DNA of 64,000 nucleotides from Perna viridis (lineage: Eukaryota), in NCBI GenBank assembly GCA_037379345.1, contig CM074515.1, forward strand, positions 3,038,001-3,102,000, given 5' to 3'. Shown here piece after piece: positions 25,401 through 32,530 of this stretch. Made by a program: the position numbers and the translations under genes. Position 1 is the stretch's first letter; each line of letters begins with the position of its first letter. Below the pieces are notes generated by a model. It saw only the letters and a list, made by a program, of their open reading frames with translations, searched no databases and had not been told where the DNA came from.

Positions 25401-25797
25401 TAATTTTTACATTCATAAATAGTACTGCTACATTAAATTACTTATTTTTAGGGCATAGAGTCAACATGTCAAAAAATGAAACAAAAAGAAATCTCTAGGA
25501 TGAACAACATTTGTAATGTAATATCATAATTTGCTTATTTTCAGAATTATTGGACTATACATATCTGCAGTTCTTGTCATTGGGAGATTTGTGAGAGTAT
25601 TTTTCAGTGGAATGTCAGAAGTGATAATGTTCCAGGAATTACCCAATGTAGATTACCTTGTCAGTGTGTGTCTAGATATATACATGGCTAGAGAAAGCCA
25701 TCAGTTCACCCTGGAAGAAGATTTGTTTGCCAAATTGATATTTATATATAGGTCACCAGATACAATGGTCAAAATTACTAAATTAAAACTAGATTGA
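38..25797 (+). CDS. Piezo: Piezo-type mechanosensitive ion channel, multi-exon gene (5' part lies upstream of the window); two alternative last exons
   Basis: Spliced translation gives Piezo hallmarks in order: [89 protein letters not shown] (outer helix), WGISPPS, GIIGLY..ELP..LEED..AKLIF. All exons have AG/GT boundaries with compatible phases. Confidence 0.97.
428..526 (+). CDS. Piezo: Piezo exon (EYPW...KWLYLPDY...KLV)
   Basis: ttacag acceptor, gtaagt donor, phase 1 to 1; YPW and WLYLPD motifs. Confidence 0.92.
612..872 (+). repeat. 4 tandem copies (63-72 bp) of a Piezo acceptor + exon start
   Basis: tatttcag|ctga..tccagct...tacagtggca repeated; AGs end at 625, 688, 760, 831. Confidence 0.9.
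832..991 (+). CDS. Piezo: Piezo exon ([16 protein letters not shown]...VPDFTGHA)
   Basis: atttcag acceptor (last of 4 tandem copies), gttagt donor, phase 1 to 2. Confidence 0.88.
1131..2265. mobile_element. Non-autonomous Tc1/mariner(pogo)-like DNA transposon relic
   Basis: Imperfect 23-bp TIRs (gtatatactcaagtacaagtcaa / ttgacttataggcgagtatatac, 19/23 match) with subterminal taagttg repeats; no transposase ORF. Confidence 0.65.
2500..2685 (+). CDS. Piezo: Piezo exon ([16 protein letters not shown]...[12 protein letters not shown]...)
   Basis: tttacag acceptor, gtgaga donor, phase 2 to 2. Confidence 0.93.
2755..2945 (+). mobile_element. Degraded SINE-like fragment
   Basis: Resembles from memory a common bivalve SINE body (..aagcatgcagc..actggttggt..gtgagcttgcac..aaaatccagctc..); not verified by search. 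Confidence 0.4.
3147..3307 (+). CDS. Piezo: Piezo exon (WNFLIGYC...[11 protein letters not shown]...)
   Basis: ttccag acceptor, gtaagt donor, phase 2 to 1. Confidence 0.92.
3508..3632 (+). repeat. TG-rich minisatellite (~26-30 bp, ~4.5 copies)
   Basis: atgttgctttgttgttccttcccagtag repeated. Confidence 0.85.
3872..3880 (+). CDS. Piezo: Candidate 9-nt Piezo microexon (AGTCAGCTA)
   Basis: Long T-rich tract + ccttag acceptor immediately followed 9 nt later by a perfect GTAAGT donor; frame-preserving between phase-1 neighbours. Confidence 0.6.
4775..4922 (+). CDS. Piezo: Piezo exon ([33 protein letters not shown]...LAS)
   Basis: ttccag acceptor, gtaggt donor, phase 1 to 2. Confidence 0.92.
4885..5031 (+). 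repeat. 3 x 51-bp duplication of exon end + donor
   Basis: gtaattacatgtcaggca...catcaag|gtaggta; donors at 4923, 4974, 5025. Confidence 0.9.
5371..5531 (+). CDS. Piezo: Piezo exon, beam region (RGAELINQ...[12 protein letters not shown]...PDEHFQ); alternative in-frame ends at 5576, 5621, 5666
   Basis: tttacag acceptor, gtgagt donor, phase 2 to 1. Confidence 0.85.
5500..5680 (+). repeat. 4 x 45-bp array spanning a Piezo donor (encodes [15 protein letters not shown])
   Basis: gactttattgt.cctgatgaacatttccaaa|gtgagta.tttaca x4. Confidence 0.95.
5789..5913 (+). CDS. Piezo: Piezo exon, latch region ([12 protein letters not shown]...PNPLQ)
   Basis: ttcag acceptor, gtactt donor; SGDYYLF motif. Confidence 0.92.
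6483..6548 (+). CDS. Piezo: Piezo exon ([22 protein letters not shown])
   Basis: tttttag acceptor, gtgagt donor, phase 0 to 0. Confidence 0.85.
7051..7114 (+). CDS. Piezo: Piezo exon, acidic loop ([21 protein letters not shown])
   Basis: atttcag acceptor, gttagt donor, phase 0 to 1. Confidence 0.85.
7552..7712 (+). CDS. Piezo: Piezo exon (DIIDKTG...[15 protein letters not shown]...IR)
   Basis: tttacag acceptor, gtacaa donor, phase 1 to 0. Confidence 0.85.
8312..8391 (+). CDS. Piezo: Piezo exon, loop ([26 protein letters not shown])
   Basis: tttcag acceptor, gtaagg donor, phase 0 to 2. Confidence 0.8.
8564..8626 (+). CDS. Piezo: Piezo exon, loop ([20 protein letters not shown])
   Basis: ttacag acceptor, gtattt donor, phase 2 to 2 (skippable in frame). 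Confidence 0.75.
8915..9170 (+). CDS. Piezo: Piezo exon (KDSTDG...[12 protein letters not shown]...[19 protein letters not shown])
   Basis: tttcag acceptor, gtatga donor; conserved PRPSK.FW motif. Confidence 0.95.
9730..10651 (+). repeat. 38-bp intronic minisatellite, ~24 copies, with a 378-bp higher-order duplication
   Basis: ggtgaatactgactgtacttcttgctggtatatatcac; the variant block at 9931 recurs at 10309. Confidence 0.95.
10659..10835 (+). CDS. Piezo: Piezo exon ([17 protein letters not shown]...FIHRSILK)
   Basis: ttttcag acceptor, gtatgt donor; [12 protein letters not shown] motif. Confidence 0.95.
11249..11341 (+). CDS. Piezo: Piezo exon (RYGLWKD...SPAAE)
   Basis: ttctcag acceptor, gtacaa donor (first of 3 copies); GLW motif. 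Confidence 0.88.
11307..11475 (+). repeat. 3.4 x 49-bp duplication of exon end + donor
   Basis: ttctcctgctgcagag|gtacaaaatatatata; donors at 11342, 11391, 11440. Confidence 0.9.
11579..11688 (+). CDS. Piezo: Piezo exon, loop with polybasic run (RKELAASSS...[11 protein letters not shown])
   Basis: ttgtag acceptor, gtaaga donor, phase 0 to 2 needed to join neighbours. Confidence 0.82.
11865..11990 (+). repeat. 3 x ~42-bp tandem repeat
   Basis: gagatagaaatatc...taagg repeated. Confidence 0.75.
12125..12278 (+). CDS. Piezo: Piezo exon ([12 protein letters not shown]...[15 protein letters not shown]...AFGPQ)
   Basis: tttcag acceptor, gtaaat donor; DVY..MF.CD motif. Confidence 0.93.
13199..13246 (+). 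CDS. Piezo: Piezo exon ([16 protein letters not shown])
   Basis: ttttttag acceptor, gttagt donor, phase 0 to 0; precedes the VP.PFL motif as in other Piezos. Confidence 0.85.
13372..13590 (-). mobile_element. Degraded SINE-like interspersed repeat
   Basis: gagcaactcggactccactaaaaactggg...caggtgcaccgg..gtaag resembles from memory a common molluscan repeat core; not verified. Confidence 0.35.
14074..14531 (+). repeat. 31-bp minisatellite, ~15 copies, ending at the Piezo acceptor
   Basis: acattataaactgacatatctcggtaaacat; the last unit runs into aaacag|GTT. Confidence 0.95.
14534..14700 (+). CDS. Piezo: Piezo exon ([13 protein letters not shown]...DRALYLRK...HVWMFFVLP)
   Basis: aaacag acceptor, gtaaag donor; DRALYLRK motif. 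Confidence 0.95.
14997..15242 (+). repeat. 36-bp perfect minisatellite, ~7 copies
   Basis: tgatatctgatagattgtacatctgtaacaatactt. Confidence 0.95.
15515..15673 (+). CDS. Piezo: Piezo exon ([16 protein letters not shown]...[23 protein letters not shown])
   Basis: ttttag acceptor, gtgagt donor; highly conserved motif. Confidence 0.96.
15947..16094 (+). CDS. Piezo: Piezo exon, anchor / PFEW signature ([22 protein letters not shown]...MEDIYAN)
   Basis: ggtag acceptor, gttagt donor; PF(x2)E(x6)W signature. Confidence 0.96.
16525..16710 (+). CDS. Piezo: Piezo exon, outer helix ([11 protein letters not shown]...KYGVGG...IWFPLVIFS...GFQ)
   Basis: ttatag acceptor, gtacag donor, phase 0 to 0. Confidence 0.95.
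16889..16981 (+). CDS. Piezo: Piezo exon, extracellular cap (PIFKATVQ...FNGNA)
   Basis: tttcag acceptor, gtaagt donor. Confidence 0.9.
17207..17376 (+). CDS. Piezo: Piezo exon, cap ([14 protein letters not shown]...[13 protein letters not shown]...)
   Basis: aacag acceptor, gtggga donor; W.ISPPS motif. Confidence 0.92.
17863..17982 (+). CDS. Piezo: Piezo exon, cap ([13 protein letters not shown]...[13 protein letters not shown])
   Basis: ttccag acceptor, gtgagt donor, phase 2 to 2. Confidence 0.85.
17950..18058 (+). repeat. 2 x 55-bp duplication of exon end + donor; second donor mutated GT>TT
   Basis: tctcctgaaat|gtgagttgaa versus tctcctgaaat|ttgagttgaa. Confidence 0.9.
18276..18355 (+). 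CDS. Piezo: Piezo exon, cap ([16 protein letters not shown]...)
   Basis: tttcag acceptor, gtatat donor; LFP.F motif. Confidence 0.85.
18465..19020 (+). mobile_element. Degraded HINE/Helentron-like relic containing a palindromic MITE (~18491-18668)
   Basis: Shares catgtgagcta, agaacataggg and ttgcccttga motifs with the copies at 20949 and 27261; inner inverted ends tacaaatgccacatatgtg / cacatatgtgacattgtta. Confidence 0.45.
19167..19362 (+). CDS. Piezo: Piezo penultimate exon (...MEWWEINE...[18 protein letters not shown])
   Basis: ttatag acceptor, GG|gtaaga donor (phase 2); EWW and F.D.V.P motifs. Confidence 0.93.
19380..19410. repeat. (AT)n microsatellite
   Basis: about 15 AT units just after the last common Piezo donor. 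Confidence 0.95.
20545..20842 (+). repeat. 50-bp minisatellite, ~6 copies
   Basis: gccaaaaagaaaggtctgggattgtggtcccaatggttcactgcttaggg. Confidence 0.95.
20949..21163 (+). mobile_element. Short non-autonomous HINE/Helentron-like element
   Basis: ttttagctcacctgg..catgtgagct head, (GTT/GTC) microsatellite, 3' aggtgagc subterminal inverted repeat + small hairpin, T-rich flanks; inverted homologue at 27261-28946. Confidence 0.7.
21760..21990 (+). mobile_element. Internal fragment of the same element family
   Basis: Reverse complement of the internal unit at ~28280-28460 (aactactgtctgacccctatgttct, gatagatctcatc). Confidence 0.75.
23780..24062 (+). CDS. Piezo: Piezo alternative terminal exon A: inner helix + CTD ([18 protein letters not shown]...ELP...[24 protein letters not shown]...KKND*)
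   Basis: ttttgcctttcag acceptor, phase 2 matching the donor at 19363, intact ORF to TAA, ungapped similarity to the Piezo C-terminus. Confidence 0.9.
25545..25797 (+). CDS. Piezo: Piezo alternative terminal exon B: inner helix + CTD ([23 protein letters not shown]...IMFQELP...[28 protein letters not shown])
   Basis: ttattttcag acceptor, phase 2 matching the donor at 19363, intact ORF to TGA. Confidence 0.92.
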
Positions 25798-26993
25798 TAT
25801 GATCTCATATTATGTTTTCTGATTTCTTAGTTTTGTGAACCACCATTCTTTTAATGATGTAAGCTTTGATGCTTTATCTGTTTAAGACATTTGATTGTTT
25901 TACAATATCAATATATTATGATATAGTGCTATTTTAGAAACAGACTTAACATGTAAAATTCATATTATTTCTACAAAAGTTGGAAGATAGTATGGTGATT
26001 ACCAGTTGGTTGACAGATCTTCCCAGACCACAATCATGTTGGACTATAAAAGATTATTTTTTAGAGTTATGTCCCTTTTACAGTGGAAAAAAATTGCTAA
26101 GCATTAAAACTGCAGATTTCAGATTTTATTTTTTAGGTTTTTATTTAGCATGAATATGGTCTGATGCTATTTATTGTGACTGAAGCATTGAGCTTGTGCC
26201 ATTACATAAATGTAGACGATATAGTGCAATATTGTCATATTTTATCTGTTTCAATTAAGATTTCTTCTTTAAATATACCTCAATTGTTAAAAGCATTTAC
26301 TTTACATTTCTTTTTATTTATATTAGGGGAAAGTAAAGTCTTGTCTTTATCAGTTTGACTCCATAGTTTGATATTTTGCAGTAATTGTTTTGTCTTAATT
26401 AGGACAAAATTAGGTTAAATTAAAAGTGCACTTGATTAGTTTTTAATTGTAAAGTTTGTGTTTTGCCAGTTGTGCCTATTTTATGTTGCAAAGCAACTCT
26501 CAGGTTGTGTTATTCGTAGGACATAGTCCATAAAGAAAATTTACTAATTCTAGAAATAAGTTTGAGAAGGATCATTGAGATTTGTAAGGCATTTAATGCG
26601 GTAAATTACGAAGAAGAATTCTGTTTTCATGAAGAGTTGCTAATACATGTACCGGTATCCTTTCTATGTCTTGGCTTAATTTGCTTGAGACATCATTGCT
26701 TTCTAAAGAAAATGGTGTTTTCAATAGAAAGGATCTCCTGATCAGCACATACTCTTTCCTCATTTACATCATAATTATGTAGTCATTTTTTAAAAATAAA
26801 AAACCAAGTTATAAGATTTAAGTTAAACCAGTGAAAAATCATGTCTTCTAAATACCATGATATGGTTGTATTGAATTCAGTATATAACTTACCTGTTTAC
26901 ATTTTTTCATTTTACATACTCATGTATTTATAGGCTCTTTTAATTTGTTATTGCTTATATTGTTTTATTTTGTGTATCAATGCCTTCCATAAA

Positions 26994-26999
26994 AATAAA
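26994..26999 (+). terminator. Candidate polyadenylation signal for the exon-B isoform
   Basis: AATAAA followed by a GT-rich stretch about 1.2 kb after the stop; a second AATAAA is at 26795. Confidence 0.4.
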
Positions 27000-27260
27000 G
27001 CTATAATGTTGTAGTGATGATTGTACTTAATCATGTTTCAGTAGATATTTACTCAGTATCTAGATGTAATTCAATTTCATTCTAAAACCAGAAAATGTTA
27101 GTAAAAACAATATTACATGTTAAAGGTCTAGATGGTGCCAACTTGTTGATAAGAATGTTACTACTGAGGCAATTTTCTCTTGGACCACTACTGAGGCAAT
27201 TGGCTCTTGGACCTTGTGCCTCACATCTTGGCTTTATGATTATTGACTCATCACAACTAT

Positions 27261-28946
27261 AAACAAGAGACTCCCAGGAGCCTGAATTGCTCACCTGGTT
27301 AAAGTTTGTCTTTCAAGGGTAATAGATTTAACAAGGAGATGTCTAACAATTTTGACTCAAGAAGACTTTGGTAGGACTATCATAAAGATCATTTCAGCAA
27401 GTTTCTTTCTATTATAGGTTTCAAGATATTGGCTGAAAACTGTAAAGAAAAAAAAAATCATCTTTCAAGGGCAATAATTCTTACAAGGAGTTGCCTGACA
27501 ACTTTGATCCCTGAAGACATTTGAAGGCTTTATAATAAGGATCAATTCAGCAATTGAAAGAGTTTGGCTAAACCTAACGGTTTTGAGATATATATGCAAA
27601 AAACTACTGTCTGACCCCTATGTTCTATTTTTAGTAATGGGAGCCATGTTTTTTGATGGATCAAAAATCCCCACATCAGTTTTATGCAGGATATCACAAG
27701 GAACATTCATACCAAGTTTGGTTTCAATTGGTCAAGTAGTGTCAAGAGAAGATTTTTGAAAAAAATAACATTAAAAAAAGTAAAAATTGTAGAATAAGGG
27801 CAATAACTCAACAGGTCTCACTAACCACTTCCGGGTCAAATGGCCACCCCCCTATGTAGTACCAAAAACACACTGAACCTAGGCATGTGCATTGTAAGTG
27901 CATTATTTGTGTGTATTATGATTAAAAGTAGTCAAAATAAAGCTGAGAATATATACATTAAAATCATATATGTAATTAACCACAAAAGTGTATGAATATT
28001 GTTTACATGTGTGAGTAATTTGCCTCCATGCTGTCAGTTAGCAGAACAGGTAAAAATGTGGATTTTCAGTATTATTTATTCAAGTAAATTTTGTGAAGAA
28101 TTTCTACAATCATCGTACCATTAGCACAATGATTTTGGAAGCCTTTTTTTTTTTCAAGCTTCGCAACAGTATGCAACTTTTAAGATGTCATTTGTCCTGG
28201 GAATTCACAGTGAGACTGTGAAAATTACTTTTTTAACATGTGAAGTAATGGAAACATTAGAAAGGGTTAGTGAGACCTTCACGGATTAAAATCAAAATTT
28301 GATCAGAGATAGATCTCATCATGCTGAACACTTTTACCTGGTCAGAATTTAGCTAAACCTAACAGTTTTGGAGATGTATTAAAAAATCTACTGTCTTACC
28401 CCTATGTTCTATTTTTAGTAATGGCGGCCATGTTTTCGACGAATCAAAAGTCCCCACATCAGTTCTATGCAGGATATCCCAAGAAACATTCATACCAACT
28501 TTGGTTTCAGTTGGTCAAGTAGTGTCAGAGGAGAAGATTTTAGAAAGAAATAACATTGAAAATAGCAAAAATCGTTTAAAAAAGGACAATAACTCCAACA
28601 TGGCTTAACGTATTAAAACCAAAACTTGATCAGAGATAGATCTCATCATGCTGAACACTTTTAACCATGTCAGAATTTAGCTAAACCTAACAATTTTGGA
28701 GTCACGTGAAAAACTACTGTCTGACCCCTATGTTCTGTTTTTAGTAATGGTGGCCATATTTTTCGATGAATCAAAAATCCCCACAAAAGTTCTATTCAGG
28801 ATACCCCAAGGAACATTTATACCAGATTTTGTTCTAATCAGTCAAGTAGTTTCAGAGGCAAAGAGTTTTGTACAATTGTTAACGACAACAAGGGACACCA
28901 AGTGATGGCAATAGCTCACATGGCCTTTGCCCAGGTGAGCTGAAAA
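27261..28946 (-). mobile_element. Full-length non-autonomous HINE/Helentron-like element with internal ~320-bp tandem units
   Basis: Ends aacaagagactcccaggagcctgaattgctcacctgg (hairpin + subTIR) and gctcacatggcctttgcccaggtgagctgaaaa; three internal repeats of ctactgtctgacccctatgttct. Confidence 0.75.
27813..28278. mobile_element. MITE with perfect 14-bp TIRs nested in the HINE-like element
   Basis: aggtctcactaacc ... ggttagtgagacct; interrupts a unit that is intact at ~28585-28640. Confidence 0.75.
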
Positions 28947-30341
28947 GGGATCAGGCCCCAGTTTCATATGGAAATTTCTTTGAAGTTGAGTATCATAAAT
29001 ACATACTGAGAATTTCCTTTTTTCCTGAACTTTTTTCTTAAATATGTGACAAAGGTTTCGATTCTTCCTCAAAGATTTGAGAGAGAAAATGGTTGTATGT
29101 AAAGTTCAAAAAGTGCTCAGTTTAATGAGGGGAAATAGGAGAAAAAGGTTTTCTTTTTACCAGCATAGAGTGCTACCAGCGGTTCACTCCGCCCATACCG
29201 CCATCCATCTGTCGCACTTTAGGGCTACCTACATTGTGTAATCTGGTAGGCAAAAAGTTTGAACTGGTATTATTTAAATCTTTTACAGTGTTCATATACA
29301 TATTAAAGCTGTGTTCCTTTTATTATGAACACATTTGACAAATATTTAATATGAAATTTTACCTATTAAAATCAGCCTTTTATACCCCCAGAAACAAGGA
29401 TTGGTAGGGTATAATGGAATCTCTATGTGTTTACTTCCATTTGTCTATCTCTGTTAAATAAGTTATCCACTAGTTAACTAATCACACTGCATATTTGGTT
29501 TTGAGCAATGGAAAATAAAGACAGATTAGTCACCACTGGAAAGGCAAACTAACCACTGGTTAAATTAAGCCAGTATTTTGAGCTACTCTGTGCTATTCAT
29601 CTGTCCCCATATCATGTAAGCAAAACTTCTTAAACAATTTATAGGTGTTGATGAATTTTTTTAAGAAGGTTGGGCATCATATGTAGACAGGAAGCTTTAA
29701 AAAGGAAGACAATCCAATTAAAGCATTTTTCACTTAACATTCAACTCCATTTAATGTGGAATTATTCTCTTTGTGAGTTTGTATTTCTAGTTTTCAGCAG
29801 TATATGCTGTTATACATACATACTTCAGTTAATGCACAAATCCACAATGTGGTCACTCCCCTTATAGAATGGCAAATGTTGATCAGGTAGGTGGGCGGGG
29901 AAAATATTTTTGTAACATTTTTCTCAGCAACTATAAATCACAGCCACTAAATATTTGGGAAGCAACTTCAGTATGGGTTACCATATCCTGGAATGCAATT
30001 TTAGGTCTCCTGCACTTCTGCTTCCTGTTTACCGACTTAAAGGCAGTCTTTGAGCCATTTTTTTTTTATAACTTGCTCGGTGTTTTTGTATATTTTGAAA
30101 ATATGTATGTGCTGACAAATTTATGACCGTGACACAGGTCCAGACATGCTATCAGTCTTGTTCAGAGAAGTCACATTTTCGATGAAATCCACAAATGAAG
30201 AAGTTCAAAAAACAAAATTTAGACAAGCTTCAAAAAATGATTGAAATTCAGGACCATTTTGCCATCTTAAAATCTCTTCAATATAAGAAATTCGGCAATA
30301 GATTAACAGCCAGTAAATTGATTTCTAACAGGAAACCTTAT

Positions 30342-30458
30342 CAACACATATTCATGCTATCAGATTAGTGTAACCTATACAACACATATTTATGCTGTCA
30401 GATTAGTGTAACCTATACAACACATATTTATGCTGTCAGATTAGGGTAACCTATACAA
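30342..30458 (+). repeat. 3 x 38-bp tandem repeat
   Basis: caacacatatttatgctgtcagattagtgtaacctata. Confidence 0.9.
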
Positions 30459-31576
30459 TGCACTTTCTTTAAAGTACCAATAGTTGAATACTGATAAAAC
30501 ATTTTACCAGTATGTACCAGCATGTATGTATATGCTCTTGCTTAGTCTCTTTTTGTAATAAAAATCTCAAGTATCTATTTTAAAGCCATCAAATTAAAAG
30601 CAGATATGTTTTGGATGTGACAGAGATATCTTGGATTGTTGGAAACTGTAAAAACTTTTCCATATTGATAGTATCAACCTTGATGGTGATTACCATATTG
30701 ATGATGATCACCATATTATCAACCTTGGTGATGATCACTCTATTGATAGTACATTTGTACGTATATCAACTATGGTGATGATTACCAGATTTGAAAATGT
30801 GTGCTCTATGGATTAACATTTATCTTTTAGCCCACATGTACCAAAGTAACACTGTGTTATCATTTGTAAACTTCATTAAATTTTCTTTAAAAACATTGTA
30901 TATAAACTCCTTTTATGAGATATCACTTATATAAGGCCAAATTTAATTTTTTTTACCATCCCCCCCCCCTTTCTCATGAAAAGCACGAGTTATATAGTGA
31001 ACATGATATATGTCCATCAGTCCTCAATTCTAATCCATAATTTATCTGAAATGACTGAATGGAATTTGATGGAACTTTCACAGTTTCTTGATAACATAAT
31101 GGTATTATGCACCTCCTATTTTGTTATTTGAACTGATTTCTGATTCAAAAAATGGACTTTTTCATAATTTCATAAATTGTATATCACATGATGCCATTGT
31201 GCACATCCTATTTTTTCCATCTGAATGTCTTTAAGGGTTTCTTATATGGTTTCATGGTAGGGGAGCATGCGTATCCCAAAGTGAGCTTTCTCATAGTTTT
31301 TCTATTTTTTTTTTTTTTTTGTTTCTTTGTTGCTTTAAGAAACAAAACAAAACAACCTATTTGTCACTCTTATTGCTGAATTAAGTCTCTATAACTATTA
31401 CCTTTGAAATGCAACTAGAATTTACATGTTGCCAGACAAGCAACCAAGGATCTAAGTTACAATGATCCCTTGTGCATTGGATTGGTTGCACCACAGTAGT
31501 TCATATTAGTTGTAAATAATTCTAAGCTGCACAAACACTGAATTGGGTTACTTTTGTGAATTTAAACAGATTTGGT

Positions 31577-31842
31577 ATAGATGGATGCTGACCTAGGGAT
31601 GTAACGACCCTATAATCTGTTAGATATGGATGCTGACCTAGGGATGTAATTACCCTATAATCTGTTAGATATGGATGCTGGCCTAGGGATGTAACTACCC
31701 TATTATCTGTTAGATATGGATGCTGACCTAGGGATGTTACTACCCTGTAATCTGTTAGATATGGATGGTGACCTAGGGATGTAACTACCCTCTGTTAGAT
31801 ATGGATGGTGACCTAGGGATGTAACTACCCTATAATCTGTTA
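31577..31842 (+). repeat. 45-bp minisatellite, ~6 copies, each with a taggg...cccta stem
   Basis: tagatatggatgctgacctagggatgtaactaccctataatctgt. Confidence 0.95.
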
Positions 31843-32524
31843 TTAACATTGCTCAGTGGATTTTGATCAGACTGGGAACATTCCGTTTCCTAATGTAAAA
31901 CATATACCCTATTAATTTTTTATGGTTACAGGTCACAGTGGTATAATTTTCATCTGCTAAGTTTTAAAGTGCCAGAAGTTGTTGTTTTTCCTACCAGTAA
32001 AATACAGCTTTCTATAATATCCTGTATTGGTTGATATCCAATTCAACAAATATTCTATCGTGTGAAAATGAGGACACATTTCTCAGTTTTGTGAAGGTGG
32101 TATATCAACATACCAGCCTATAAAGATTTATCATCGGTAGCATCATGGTTATGCCAAATATACAGCACATATTCAATTGTGTTCACATGAATAAGCATTG
32201 TACCTTTAAGGTTTCCGCATGATTTTTTTTCTTGTCACAAGACCCTGTCCAGACTTCAGTAGAAATGAGAACTGACTTCTTCCTGAAACTTCAAGTGTAC
32301 CCCATCACATTACTTGCACCTCTTTCCACATCAATGATATTCTAACCTTCTTATACATTTTGAATGAAGGACTAAATCAGAAGTGTGTTATGTATAGTTT
32401 TTGTCATTCATTGTTTATGTGAATTATACCACTTAGTATTTGTTTTGTCATTTTGATGAGTCCACTATAATCATATAAACATTGCTGTTCTTTTGACATA
32501 TAAAATAATTGTTGGTTGAATAGC

Positions 32525-32530
32525 TTTATT
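32525..32530 (-). terminator. Candidate polyadenylation signal of the zinc-finger gene (implies ~2.4 kb 3'UTR)
   Basis: TTTATT on + (AATAAA on -) at the end of a long AT-rich, repeat-free stretch; other TTTATT copies exist. Confidence 0.3.

Noticed and set aside
25531-25797. Second Piezo C-terminus as a separate paralogous gene or pseudogene
   Set aside because: No other Piezo exons lie between the two copies, the ORF is intact, and its acceptor phase matches the same upstream donor; an alternative last exon is the simpler reading.
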